Shown here: piece by piece, positions 53,392-62,683 of the stretch | Numbering within the stretch: the stretch's first letter is position 1 | Layout of the letters: the number at the start of each line of letters is the position of its first letter | Source: a virus | IMG/VR virus record: IMGVR_UViG_3300048599_000097 | Span: 1-64,000 of that record | Reading direction: 5' to 3' (one strand) | DNA: 64,000 nucleotides | Made by a program: the position numbers and the translations under genes | The notes under the pieces: model-generated | Databases searched by the model: none | Seen by the model: only the letters and a program-made list of their open reading frames with translations | Told to the model about the DNA's origin: nothing

Positions 53392-54137
53392 TTCATCTCC
53401 TTATTATAAACACCATCTACGACACGCTCAGGGAAATTGAGACGGGCAGCCGACGAAAGAAGCTCAAAGGCTTTGGCGTCGTAAGCAATAGCAGCCTGTT
53501 CAGCAGTAGGAAAGGATCCTAAGTAGAGGACTTTTCTATGGTCACATACATTGGTCTCATACCTAGTAGAATGCCGTTTCACAACACCCCGATACATGCA
53601 GGTTGGAGTGTAGTGTCTAGCATTATACTCCTTTTCTACATCTACGTCAATATATAAACTTTTATCAAAATTTATACAACTAAACTCTCCAAAGAGATGT
53701 AATGCAGCCACATCATATGCAAAGGCCGCTTCTTCTATAGAATCATAGGAACCCATATCATACGATTCTCTGTTTTTCATTATACGAGCGCACCATTTAT
53801 CATTCTTCCACGAAACCCCTTTATACCCAGAGGTATTGTTTCTACCCCTTTTCTTATTCCATGCATTCTCTAGTATGGAACAAACCCTCAAATTAGCCTT
53901 CTGATTATTCAGCCCATTGTGGTCAATGTGATCTATTACTGCTGAATTATTCCCTACCATGTTAGTAATAAATCTATGCAGAGAAGTGGCTATTACTTTT
54001 CCACCAGTATACACCCATGTATAACAATATGGTGTATTTGCCTCTGGCACCCTAACATACCACTTTCTCTGCAAGACCCTTTCTGCGTCGTCATCATCAA
54101 TCTGTACTGCAAAGCCATTTAGTTGCATTTCTGTCAT
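53382..54137 (-). CDS. HNH endonuclease with AP2-like domains
   Basis: N-terminus MTEMQLNGFAVQIDDDDAERVLQRKW. HNH motif VIDHIDHNGLNNQKANLRVCSILENA. Two AP2-like segments. Confidence 0.85.
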   Translation of the reverse strand: MTEMQLNGFAVQIDDDDAERVLQRKWYVRVPEANTPYCYTWVYTGGKVIATSLHRFITNMVGNNSAVIDHIDHNGLNNQKANLRVCSILENAWNKKRGRNNTSGYKGVSWKNDKWCARIMKNRESYDMGSYDSIEEAAFAYDVAALHLFGEFSCINFDKSLYIDVDVEKEYNARHYTPTCMYRGVVKRHSTRYETNVCDHRKVLYLGSFPTAEQAAIAYDAKAFELLSSAARLNFPERVVDGVYNKEMKCN

Positions 54138-54159
54138 TGTTTGGACTCCTAATATACGA

Positions 54160-54199
54160 ACTTTACAGTCTTATAGAAATAAACTCAATACCCCTCATA
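54160..54199 (-). promoter_or_regulatory. promoter family member (TATGAGGGGTA-TTGAGT)
   Basis: The minus strand reads TATGAGGGGTATTGAGT, 17-nt spacer, TAAAGT. The TGA of the motif is the polymerase stop codon. Confidence 0.5.
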
Positions 54200-56771
54200 C
54201 TTTCGGCATACATGGGCCACCAGTCAATGCACCACAATCAGACATTTTGGCCCAAGTGCCCCCTTCCTCGCCCCGTTCTTTCTCCATAATAAGGGGAATA
54301 CTTATCCAAGGCCAGTCCTCTTTCATTTTAACCGAGGCAAAGTAGTGCATCCAATAGTCTATCAAATGCTCTTCTTCCAGCTTAATATGTCCGACTACGC
54401 TATCATGAATCTCGCCAATCAGTGTTGATTCAAGTCCCAGTTCATCTATCTTATCCTGCATATGATTTATGACATAAAATAAGCACTGAGCACCAGTACC
54501 TTGAGGTAGGTAATTAAAACAGTGCTTATAATCCAAAGGAGCCTGAAGTCTAAACCCTGTGTACGAATCAAGATACCCTTTCTTTTGATACTCTGTCCAC
54601 ATATTCTTGCGCCATTTATCATGCACCTTGAACATATCATGCCAGAAGTAATTCTCTGCGCCCTTGGCGATCAACTCATATTGAGCATATGATGTTACCC
54701 CCTTCTTAGCAAAATGCTCTTTTACATCTGCATGAGACTGAATATACTCCCACATATCCTTTGCTATCTGTACATAATATGACCCATATGTAAGTGCGAA
54801 AGTTTGACTCTTAGTAGCCTGTCGCCATTCCTTTGTCACTTCATCCCGTTCTATACAGAAAAGTCTGGTACAGAGATCAGAGTGCATATCGGAATCTGGG
54901 TCAGATAGATACTTCTTATAGGCAGGATCCTTACTGTAAAACATATTAGTGTACGTCTCTAATCCGTGAAAATCGTATTCGCAGATACAAAATCCGGGCT
55001 TTGCGGATACCATAGAGCGAACTACTTTCTTTGCTTCCTTATTCCGCTTGGGCTGGTTCTGAAAATTAGGGTTAGACGAACTAGATCTACCTGTATCTAC
55101 TGTATGCAGCAGAAATTGAGCATGTACTAGACTATCTACACATTCCCGTTTCCACCCTTCAATATAAGTAGTTTTCAGCTTATCAATTTCCCTATACTCA
55201 ATTATCTTGTTAAGTAGAGGAATATTCATCTTTCCCATAGCCTCTTTATCCAGAGAAGGAGTTCCTTTTTCTGTAAAAGCAAGTGGCTTTATTCCTACTA
55301 TGTCAAACAGTAGATGCCCTAATTGAGTAGTGCTATTAAAATTAAACGGCTCCTCCCCATCCCACTTCTTGACTATATCGTCAGACATAATCTCTGCGTC
55401 CTTGGCGATCAACAACTCATTAAGCTGTTTTTCCATAGTATCGAACGCATCAGCCTTTACATAAATACCATTGTCTGACATTTTAGACAGTGTTACTGCA
55501 GTTTTGACATAGAGATCATTACACTGTAGCTGTCCGAGGGTCATCTGAGATTTGTGCAACTTGTATAGCATAAACGTGAACAGAGAGTCTAGTGCATTAT
55601 AAAAAAGAACCTTCTCCATAGGGGCGCTACGAATTCTATTGATAGCATTGCTTCCGTACAACTCTACTTCTGCTTTATCAGCACCAAGGTATTCTGCACA
55701 TTCGTCATCATACCCAAGTACACCAAAGTTTATATAAGTCTGGTATTTAAGACCACAGGGACGCTTATTATGCAATATATGGGCAGAGAGCATTGTGTCC
55801 CACATCCATCCAATAATCCAGAACTTGTTTATAACTTTATCAGCAGTATTTTCATACTGAAGGTTATGTGCTATCTTCTTTATCTTCTTCTCTGTCATAA
55901 GCCGCTTCCACATTTTTTTATATGTAGGATCTTCAAATTCAGGGAAGGCATAAGACACCTCACCATTAGATATAGACCTACAAGCTATAAAGTGCCCCTT
56001 ACGTCTGAGGCTAAGTCCAGAAGTTTCATCGTCCAAGGCCACTTCTTCCCATTCTAGGGCTTCACAAATCCAATCTATAGCTGTGTCTATATCCTGTGTT
56101 ATCTTGCATTTTTGAGAATAATCTACTTTTTCAACCTTCCCTAATGTAAACGCTTGTTTAAGAGAATTCTTCCATAGACGATACCACGCCTCATCTCTCT
56201 GGTAAAGAGGCTTTCCTTCTCCACCATCAGGATACTTCTTCTTCTCGGTCATATCCTGCACAGACCATGTGGGCACTAGCCACATACCAAGTTCCTGATC
56301 GGGTACACAAGTTCCATAAAAATCCTTAGCAGGAGTCCCTGTCAACCGCCCTGAAATCCTAGGTGCAATCATATAGTTAAACGGCACCTCCCCCAGCAGT
56401 ACAACTGCATTTGGTTCCAGCCTTTCGATAATTCGATCTAACCTCTTCCTGCAAGCCTTCAGCTCTGCCGTACCCGGCCTTCTGTCTCTTGGAGGTCTGC
56501 AGCCAACCGTAGTAGTATAGAAGCAATCCTCATAGAAGTCTATCCCAATCTCCTCCAGAGCACTCTCAAGGAACACAGCTTCATCTCCATAGCCCAATTC
56601 ACCTTTGAGGTCTTCCCGTGAGGTGGGCTGAGATCCAATAATGAGAACGTTCTTTTTGCCTTTACCTATGAACTTGAGCTTAGGAGATTTACATACTGCT
56701 GACAGACCACAGGCTTCGCAGTCTGGCTCATTGGATTCAACTTTAGTGGTGTAGAACTTCTTTTTAGCCAT
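54195..56771 (-). CDS. family A DNA polymerase with an N-terminal family-4 UDG-like domain
   Basis: The N-terminal CEACGL...VLIIGSQPT is UDG4-like. Exo motif ALDDETSGL. Pol motif A YDFHGLE, motif B RQATKSQTFALTYG, motif C IGEIHDSVV. Confidence 0.9.
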   Translation of the reverse strand: MAKKKFYTTKVESNEPDCEACGLSAVCKSPKLKFIGKGKKNVLIIGSQPTSREDLKGELGYGDEAVFLESALEEIGIDFYEDCFYTTTVGCRPPRDRRPGTAELKACRKRLDRIIERLEPNAVVLLGEVPFNYMIAPRISGRLTGTPAKDFYGTCVPDQELGMWLVPTWSVQDMTEKKKYPDGGEGKPLYQRDEAWYRLWKNSLKQAFTLGKVEKVDYSQKCKITQDIDTAIDWICEALEWEEVALDDETSGLSLRRKGHFIACRSISNGEVSYAFPEFEDPTYKKMWKRLMTEKKIKKIAHNLQYENTADKVINKFWIIGWMWDTMLSAHILHNKRPCGLKYQTYINFGVLGYDDECAEYLGADKAEVELYGSNAINRIRSAPMEKVLFYNALDSLFTFMLYKLHKSQMTLGQLQCNDLYVKTAVTLSKMSDNGIYVKADAFDTMEKQLNELLIAKDAEIMSDDIVKKWDGEEPFNFNSTTQLGHLLFDIVGIKPLAFTEKGTPSLDKEAMGKMNIPLLNKIIEYREIDKLKTTYIEGWKRECVDSLVHAQFLLHTVDTGRSSSSNPNFQNQPKRNKEAKKVVRSMVSAKPGFCICEYDFHGLETYTNMFYSKDPAYKKYLSDPDSDMHSDLCTRLFCIERDEVTKEWRQATKSQTFALTYGSYYVQIAKDMWEYIQSHADVKEHFAKKGVTSYAQYELIAKGAENYFWHDMFKVHDKWRKNMWTEYQKKGYLDSYTGFRLQAPLDYKHCFNYLPQGTGAQCLFYVINHMQDKIDELGLESTLIGEIHDSVVGHIKLEEEHLIDYWMHYFASVKMKEDWPWISIPLIMEKERGEEGGTWAKMSDCGALTGGPCMPKV

Positions 56772-57037
56772 TATACTTCCTCGTGAAATTTGTCTTTAAC
56801 GTGCTGCAGCCATTCCATAACAGCATCTACAGACTTTTCACTCTTAAACAGCAGAGAGTTAAACATCTCCGGTACTATCATCATTTTGTCTGTATCTGTA
56901 ACAGAATCACCACATTCCTTCGGCTCTTCCAAAGCGTAGAACACCAATGCAAAACCCCTATCCTTGATAGGAAATATCTTAGCCGACACCATGCCATCAC
57001 CAAATGGAATAGCCTGTATAGTCTTAGGTTCCTTCAT
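56771..57037 (-). CDS. hypothetical protein
   Basis: ATG 57037 after an AAGGAGGG SD. The stop overlaps the polymerase ATG. Confidence 0.5.
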   Translation of the reverse strand: MKEPKTIQAIPFGDGMVSAKIFPIKDRGFALVFYALEEPKECGDSVTDTDKMMIVPEMFNSLLFKSEKSVDAVMEWLQHVKDKFHEEV

Positions 57038-57108
57038 TAACACCCTCCTTAAAAATAAACACCCCATTTCTGGGATGCTTATATCATAACACAGATTAGA
57101 AACTCTGT

Positions 57109-57351
57109 CTAGTCCTTCACAAAGGCACTCAAGGCACCCTTACTCTGTCCCCCCATCAGCCTACCCACTTCCACCCCATCTTTGTACTTGATGATAGCGG
57201 GTACAGACTGGATATTCAAGAGGATAAGCTCCTCCTCTCCAACGTCATCCAGCAGAATAAACTCAGTCTTAGGTGCCAATTCAGCCATCCAAGGCTTCAT
57301 AATCTTGCAGTTGCCACACCAGCTCGTGCTGTAGAATTTGTATGTGGTCAC
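57109..57351 (-). CDS. thioredoxin/glutaredoxin-like protein
   Basis: WCGNCK active site and SVPAII...G pattern. 80 aa. Confidence 0.7.
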   Translation of the reverse strand: MTTYKFYSTSWCGNCKIMKPWMAELAPKTEFILLDDVGEEELILLNIQSVPAIIKYKDGVEVGRLMGGQSKGALSAFVKD

Positions 57352-57782
57352 TTAGACACCTTCGTGAAACTGTCCTCATCCCACTGTGTACTATATTCAC
57401 CAATATAGTTATCATGACCCTCTGTATAGATGCATTTTCCTGAATTCTTGCTGGTGAACATTACTACAGACGTTTCACTGCTATTCTTGAATACTCCCGT
57501 ATAAGGATACTTCTTTTTCTCTACAACAGGAGTTTTCTCCTCATCACATCCGTTGCATTCTGAGCAAACCAGATCCTGATGGAAGTCCTCTAGCACCCCA
57601 GCCATTTCCTCTGGAGTAGCCTTAAACACATACCCGAGCCCCTGAAGTTGCTCCAGAAACACTTGCACCAGATGAGGCCAGCAGGTATCAGTGCATTCGT
57701 ATTCGTTGGTGATAGTACGGATAGACTCATCCCCGTTACTCATGACTGCAATAGTTACCACTTCATCTACTTCGTTACTCAT
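57348..57782 (-). CDS. hypothetical protein
   Basis: 144 aa with an ATGA overlap. Confidence 0.5.
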   Translation of the reverse strand: MSNEVDEVVTIAVMSNGDESIRTITNEYECTDTCWPHLVQVFLEQLQGLGYVFKATPEEMAGVLEDFHQDLVCSECNGCDEEKTPVVEKKKYPYTGVFKNSSETSVVMFTSKNSGKCIYTEGHDNYIGEYSTQWDEDSFTKVSK

Positions 57783-57966
57783 CTTTCTTCTCCTTCTTTT
57801 TCTTCTCTAGGATCTTAATGTCACCATACGTCTCCTTAGAGATAAAATCTGGTGACACTCCAAACTCTTCCAGATAACGACCCGCTGCTTCTTTAGCGTC
57901 TTCACAGACAGCATAAGCTTCGTGAGGGGCATCTTTATCATACATTTTCATACGGTAGACGTTCAA
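57775..57966 (-). CDS. hypothetical protein
   Basis: 63 aa. Confidence 0.45.
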   Translation of the reverse strand: MNVYRMKMYDKDAPHEAYAVCEDAKEAAGRYLEEFGVSPDFISKETYGDIKILEKKKKEKKDE

Positions 57967-57971
57967 GGGAC

Positions 57972-58241
57972 TTACTCCTTAATCCTGATAGCCTCAAGGA
58001 TCTCAATGGCGTCAGAGAGGCTGTCTTCGGTGCCTTCAATCTCCTCTACCCACTCTTTGTAGGCTTTGCTCATAGCCTTCTTGAGAACTTTCTGTTCACC
58101 CTTATCAGCTGTAAGTGATTCTACGAGACCATTCATGTTCTCCGTAGCCGTTGCATTGTTTTCTTTAGACATGGTGCGGTATTCATACACCGCCTTGAAA
58201 ACCCCAAGAATCTGTCCTTTCCTCTGTTCGTCAATCTGCAT
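57972..58241 (-). CDS. hypothetical protein
   Basis: 89 aa. Confidence 0.45.
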   Translation of the reverse strand: MQIDEQRKGQILGVFKAVYEYRTMSKENNATATENMNGLVESLTADKGEQKVLKKAMSKAYKEWVEEIEGTEDSLSDAIEILEAIRIKE

Positions 58242-58271
58242 TTGTAGCCTCCTTAAAATATAATAAAAGGT

Positions 58272-59684
58272 CTATACGCCTTCTACCTTGCTTGCTAAAC
58301 GAGAATCTAGGCAAAAAATTCCACAGTCTAAGTTCTGGAGCACCACTGCACTATCGAACGTGGCCCTTTTACTTCTTGACAACAAAGATTTCACCCGGAT
58401 AACCCCTGCTTCTTGGTCAGCAGATGAAGCCCAGATGGAAAAAAGCTGGCTAACGTGTGTCTTCTTTCGCTGATCTTCTGCAATAGCTGACAGTCCAATT
58501 TCTTTGCCTTCGTTGCCCTCGCTATTCGCCTGTGAAATTGTATGGATATGACAATTCATAGAAAGGCTGGCATCCCGAGCTTCACTCCACAATGAGTTCA
58601 TACGATGTCTGTACTCCCTCTCTGGATCATACATTAAGTCCAGCGAGTCAAGTAAAATTACATCTGGCGTCCAGCCCTCGAAATATGTGAGGTTAGACAC
58701 GATAGAGTATACTTTATCCCAGCTTGTTTCCTTCTTAGTGAGAGACATCAGCTTAATGTCACCACCCTTGTATCGCATCTTCATACGATTCATCAACTCT
58801 TCCTTGTTATGAAAAGACACTCCGTTCATATTAAGGATCTTGTGATCTACCCGCCACGTAACATTATCATCATAGATACCTTCTGTCAATTCTTTATCAG
58901 GCCTAAAGAATGGAACAGATACGGGGCCAGTAACAAAAGGAGCATTAACCAAGCAACGCCAATACCTCTGACGCAATTCGATGTCTCGCATTTCCAGATT
59001 CAAAACTAAGACACGTAAGGAATTCTCAAGGGCGGCAAAGGCAACTCCCTCAATTTCCCAGCTTTTACCAATCTTACTGGTTCCCAAAGCAGCAGAGAAT
59101 TCCCCTCTTCTGAAAGGCCCAACTACAGCACCTAGTGCACCTCTAAATTCAAAGAGGCTGTCCATATGCTGTTCGTCAAATGCCTCCTCGAATTGAGTTA
59201 CGTCATTTAGTAGAGAGATTCCTTGAGATTCAGGAATAGCTTTCTGAGTGAATCCAGCTACAAGCGACTCCCCTTTAACCACATCACCAGATGCTATAGC
59301 AATATCAAGTTTCTCCCGCAAGTATTCCAGATTGACTCTGCGGATATATTTCTCACAATCCTTAATATGAAAATCTATATTACTATAAGTATTCTCATCA
59401 TAGTCATCTGCAAGACTTTCCAAAAAGGAAGATATAGAAGAAGCAGTTTCCTGATCTCTAAGAGAGTCCTTCTTTTGTTCAAATATGTCCTGAATAGCAC
59501 TCTGTGGGGGTGTCCCATATGTATCATGGAACTCCTTCACCCACTCTAGGATGAACTTAGCATATTGTGTCCTTACACCTGTTTTGTCCAAAATGGGCAG
59601 GAGCTTCATAGAAGCCTCGGGGTGCATAATAATCAAAGTAACTAGTTTACGTTCAACTCCGAGATCTACATTTTCAACTTTCAA
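58272..59684 (-). CDS. DnaB-family replicative helicase
   Basis: Walker A ALGTSKIGKSW, Walker B VILLDSLDLM, RecA-like C-terminal domain. 470 aa. Confidence 0.8.
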   Translation of the reverse strand: MKVENVDLGVERKLVTLIIMHPEASMKLLPILDKTGVRTQYAKFILEWVKEFHDTYGTPPQSAIQDIFEQKKDSLRDQETASSISSFLESLADDYDENTYSNIDFHIKDCEKYIRRVNLEYLREKLDIAIASGDVVKGESLVAGFTQKAIPESQGISLLNDVTQFEEAFDEQHMDSLFEFRGALGAVVGPFRRGEFSAALGTSKIGKSWEIEGVAFAALENSLRVLVLNLEMRDIELRQRYWRCLVNAPFVTGPVSVPFFRPDKELTEGIYDDNVTWRVDHKILNMNGVSFHNKEELMNRMKMRYKGGDIKLMSLTKKETSWDKVYSIVSNLTYFEGWTPDVILLDSLDLMYDPEREYRHRMNSLWSEARDASLSMNCHIHTISQANSEGNEGKEIGLSAIAEDQRKKTHVSQLFSIWASSADQEAGVIRVKSLLSRSKRATFDSAVVLQNLDCGIFCLDSRLASKVEGV

Positions 59685-61089
59685 TGTTTAACTCCTTATC
59701 TAAGATACTGGTAATATTCTTCATATCATTGTAGTGTATTCTAATCAATTTTATATTGTTTGTCAAGCAGTATTCATTCTTTACTTTGTCATAATATTGT
59801 GTTGATAGAAATGCAGCCTCTCCCCCAAAAGCTTCTATAGGTTTATAGTGTTGTAGCCCGTCAAATTCAATAAGGGCTGCAATATCTTTGTGCTGCGTAT
59901 CTGAGAACACCGCAAAATCAAATGCTAATGGACGTTGAACTATACATGTATGATCCCTGTATTGTGCTATGTAGGGAATGCCCTTCTGTATCAGGTGCCT
60001 CTCTATTGCTTGCTCACCTAAAGAACTCTTGCATTTAGGGCAACAACTGCCAGATAGATGTGCATTAGGGGTTTGCCAAAACTCCCCATGATTTGGGCAT
60101 ATTATGCAAACTTTAGTACCTGTATTTTTATACTCTACCTTATTATATAAGTAATAATTACTATGTATAAGAGATGCCTCTTGTATAAAAACATTCTCAT
60201 CTTTGGTTTGAGATTTTGTTCTGTGTTCTAGTCCACATTTATAACACCTCTTTCCAGCTAAATGATTGCTAGGACTTTGCAAAAAATCACCGTGAACTGG
60301 GCAGGTAATTATAACTTTGTCATGAAAATTTTTATATACCACCTTATCATATGTAAATCTGCCATCATGTATTATATTTGCTCTTCTTACAAACTCCTCT
60401 TTCCCCATACTTCTGATATCTGCTTTGTATATGTTTGCACATAAACTACAGCCTTCCCCGTTTAGATGGTTGCCCGGACGTTGTGTAAATACTCCATGAA
60501 TAGGGCATATTATTGACACCTTTGTATTTGCACCTACATAGTTGACCAAAGAGTAATCATATTTTCCATTATGAATAACTGTTGCTCTCTCAACAAAACT
60601 GTCTGCAGAAGGCTTTAATAGTTTATTGGCTGTTGCTATATCGCCACACTTTGGGCACCCCTGTCCTCTAAGATGTGCATTGGGTGTCTGCTGAAAAACA
60701 CCATGAATATGACATATTATATCAATTTTCGTATTCGCATTTTTATAATGAACCTGCTCATAAGAATACTTATTGCCATGTACACTATTAGCAATTTCTA
60801 TGAATTTAGGTAATGAAGTTCTTTTCTTGTTGGCTCTAGTATTTATGGCACATTTCTGACAACCTACTCCATGTATGTGCCTTTGCGGATCTTGTAGAGT
60901 CTGTCCATGAATAGGACATCCTATAATGATATTTGTATCGTTGTTAATATAGATAACTTTGCTGTAGTCATATTTATCCCCATGTACCTTTGTGGCCTTT
61001 GCAATCCATTCCTCTGTTGTGCATCTTTTAGACAATTTCTTTTTACTTCTCCAATATTTCAGATAACGTCTGCCCAAACAACTGAGCAC
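59674..61089 (-). CDS. nuclease-like protein: five tandem ~56-aa zinc-ribbon repeats plus a C-terminal PD-(D/E)XK (Vsr-like) domain
   Basis: The repeat unit (HG.KY.Y..V.Y......V...CP.HG.F.Q.P..HL.G.GC..C) occurs five times. The C-terminus has FDFAVF...ALIEFDGLQH. Confidence 0.6.
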   Translation of the reverse strand: MLSCLGRRYLKYWRSKKKLSKRCTTEEWIAKATKVHGDKYDYSKVIYINNDTNIIIGCPIHGQTLQDPQRHIHGVGCQKCAINTRANKKRTSLPKFIEIANSVHGNKYSYEQVHYKNANTKIDIICHIHGVFQQTPNAHLRGQGCPKCGDIATANKLLKPSADSFVERATVIHNGKYDYSLVNYVGANTKVSIICPIHGVFTQRPGNHLNGEGCSLCANIYKADIRSMGKEEFVRRANIIHDGRFTYDKVVYKNFHDKVIITCPVHGDFLQSPSNHLAGKRCYKCGLEHRTKSQTKDENVFIQEASLIHSNYYLYNKVEYKNTGTKVCIICPNHGEFWQTPNAHLSGSCCPKCKSSLGEQAIERHLIQKGIPYIAQYRDHTCIVQRPLAFDFAVFSDTQHKDIAALIEFDGLQHYKPIEAFGGEAAFLSTQYYDKVKNEYCLTNNIKLIRIHYNDMKNITSILDKELNIES

Positions 61090-62683
61090 CCTCGTTATTG
61101 TCCAATACGGACGACAACATTCGTGCCCGTTGCTGCAGCACTTTTATACGTTTCTCTTCAAATGACCCAGCTCCTACAGCATAATAATACGAAAAATGCT
61201 TTTGGTCAAGTTCAGGTAGCCATAACCTATTACTGGCTTGTTCTACTGCTCCACTATTAGCACTTCCTAATTCTGCAAACAAAACACTGTCAGCAGAAGC
61301 CAAACTAATACCCTCTTTGACACTGGCAATCTGCCCTATGAACAACTTCACTTTAGGATCTGTATTAAAGGCATCTATATTTGCCTGTTTATCCTTCGTA
61401 GGAGTTTCACCGTTGACCATTGTAGCACATTTCTTAAATGCTGTCAAGAGATCGTTCGACGTAGCTCTGAACCATGTATATACAACCAACTTATCGTTCA
61501 ATTCTAGGAAGTCTTTAATCCACTGTATAATTTGAGATCGTTTAGCTGTGTAAGAAAGAGATTCAAACTTAACCATGCGTTCATCTATCTCTTCCTCCGA
61601 AAGATGTTTAGTTTGCATCTCCTTTTTAAGTTTTGCCATTTCCTTATCATAGAGAGCTGTATCAATTTCCATAGGCAGAAACTCGTGAAATTCTTTAGGA
61701 AGTGTCTTGAATACATCTGTCTTAGTACGTCTAAAAATAAAGGGGGTAGTCAGTTCCCTAAGCTCGTCTACATGGGTAGCACCGTCAAAAGTTTGGCCGA
61801 AATATGTTTGTTGAGGATCACAATATCTATACAGGAATTGCCAACGGTTTGCAAACTTCTTATCCAGAACGGCTAACTGTGTCTGTAATTGGGCTACTTT
61901 AGAGGTAGCGGGAGTTCCAGACAGGAGAACTTTATGCGGAACAGATTTACAGATATTAGTAAACGCTTCTGTAGTCTTAACAGGAATCTGCTTACCTTTC
62001 TCCTCACCCTTCTCTTTCTTATAGATGGAGTAGTTTCCGCAGCGGTGACTCTCATCAACCACGAAGTAATTAAATCCAAATGATGATAGATATTGTTGCC
62101 AATCATAGAGAATATCAAAGTTTATGATAACAAACTTAAACTTACTAGGAATCTCGTATGGCATAGTGCCTTCAAGGATAATAGAGTTCTTATTTAGGCA
62201 CTTCTTTATTTCTCTCTGCCAAATGATCTTAACTGAAGCAGGGCATACAATAAGAACAGGTAACATTTCAGGATGTAGAAGGGTTCCAGATAGAGCTATA
62301 ACCGTTTTTCCTAGGCGAGGAGCTAAGGCTAGAATACAGTTCCAGTTAGAGGCTTCAGCAAATCGAGTAGCCTGAAACTGGTAATCCCTGAGCTTATAGG
62401 GCAGGGAAGTCAGTTTACTCTCATCTATGTTCTTCTGAGGCTCCTTACCACGCATAGCAATAGGAGTAGCCTTCACAGGCTGGATCTCTACAGGTAGTTC
62501 AAACCCCAGTTCCTTAAGCCTAGCTATATTGCTGGGGGTGTTCTGCACCTTCCAGTATTTCTTCTCTTGCGTCCACCATGACCCAGTAAGACTTTTTACA
62601 GCATTCTTGATAGGCTGAAACTGGTCTGGTGCAACAGAGAAACGGACGGCTAGGCCATCGGGGAGTAGTTCAACTTTTTTCAA
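61043..62683 (-). CDS. SNF2-family helicase, possibly annealing-helicase-like (HARP-like N-terminus)
   Basis: Motif I PRLGKT, II DESHRCGN, III LSGTPATS, VI QASNRLW. The N-terminal 70 aa (WWTQEKKYWKV) is HARP-like (weak). Confidence 0.75.
   Translation of the reverse strand: MKKVELLPDGLAVRFSVAPDQFQPIKNAVKSLTGSWWTQEKKYWKVQNTPSNIARLKELGFELPVEIQPVKATPIAMRGKEPQKNIDESKLTSLPYKLRDYQFQATRFAEASNWNCILALAPRLGKTVIALSGTLLHPEMLPVLIVCPASVKIIWQREIKKCLNKNSIILEGTMPYEIPSKFKFVIINFDILYDWQQYLSSFGFNYFVVDESHRCGNYSIYKKEKGEEKGKQIPVKTTEAFTNICKSVPHKVLLSGTPATSKVAQLQTQLAVLDKKFANRWQFLYRYCDPQQTYFGQTFDGATHVDELRELTTPFIFRRTKTDVFKTLPKEFHEFLPMEIDTALYDKEMAKLKKEMQTKHLSEEEIDERMVKFESLSYTAKRSQIIQWIKDFLELNDKLVVYTWFRATSNDLLTAFKKCATMVNGETPTKDKQANIDAFNTDPKVKLFIGQIASVKEGISLASADSVLFAELGSANSGAVEQASNRLWLPELDQKHFSYYYAVGAGSFEEKRIKVLQQRARMLSSVLDNNEGAQLFGQTLSEILEK

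Noticed and set aside
2099-54137. HNH genes as intron-encoded (group I or II intron) endonucleases
   Set aside because: The flanking core genes (terL, nrdD, nrdG, polA, MTases) are intact single ORFs. The HNH genes sit in intergenic positions with their own promoters and SDs. No split exons or long structured flanks were seen.
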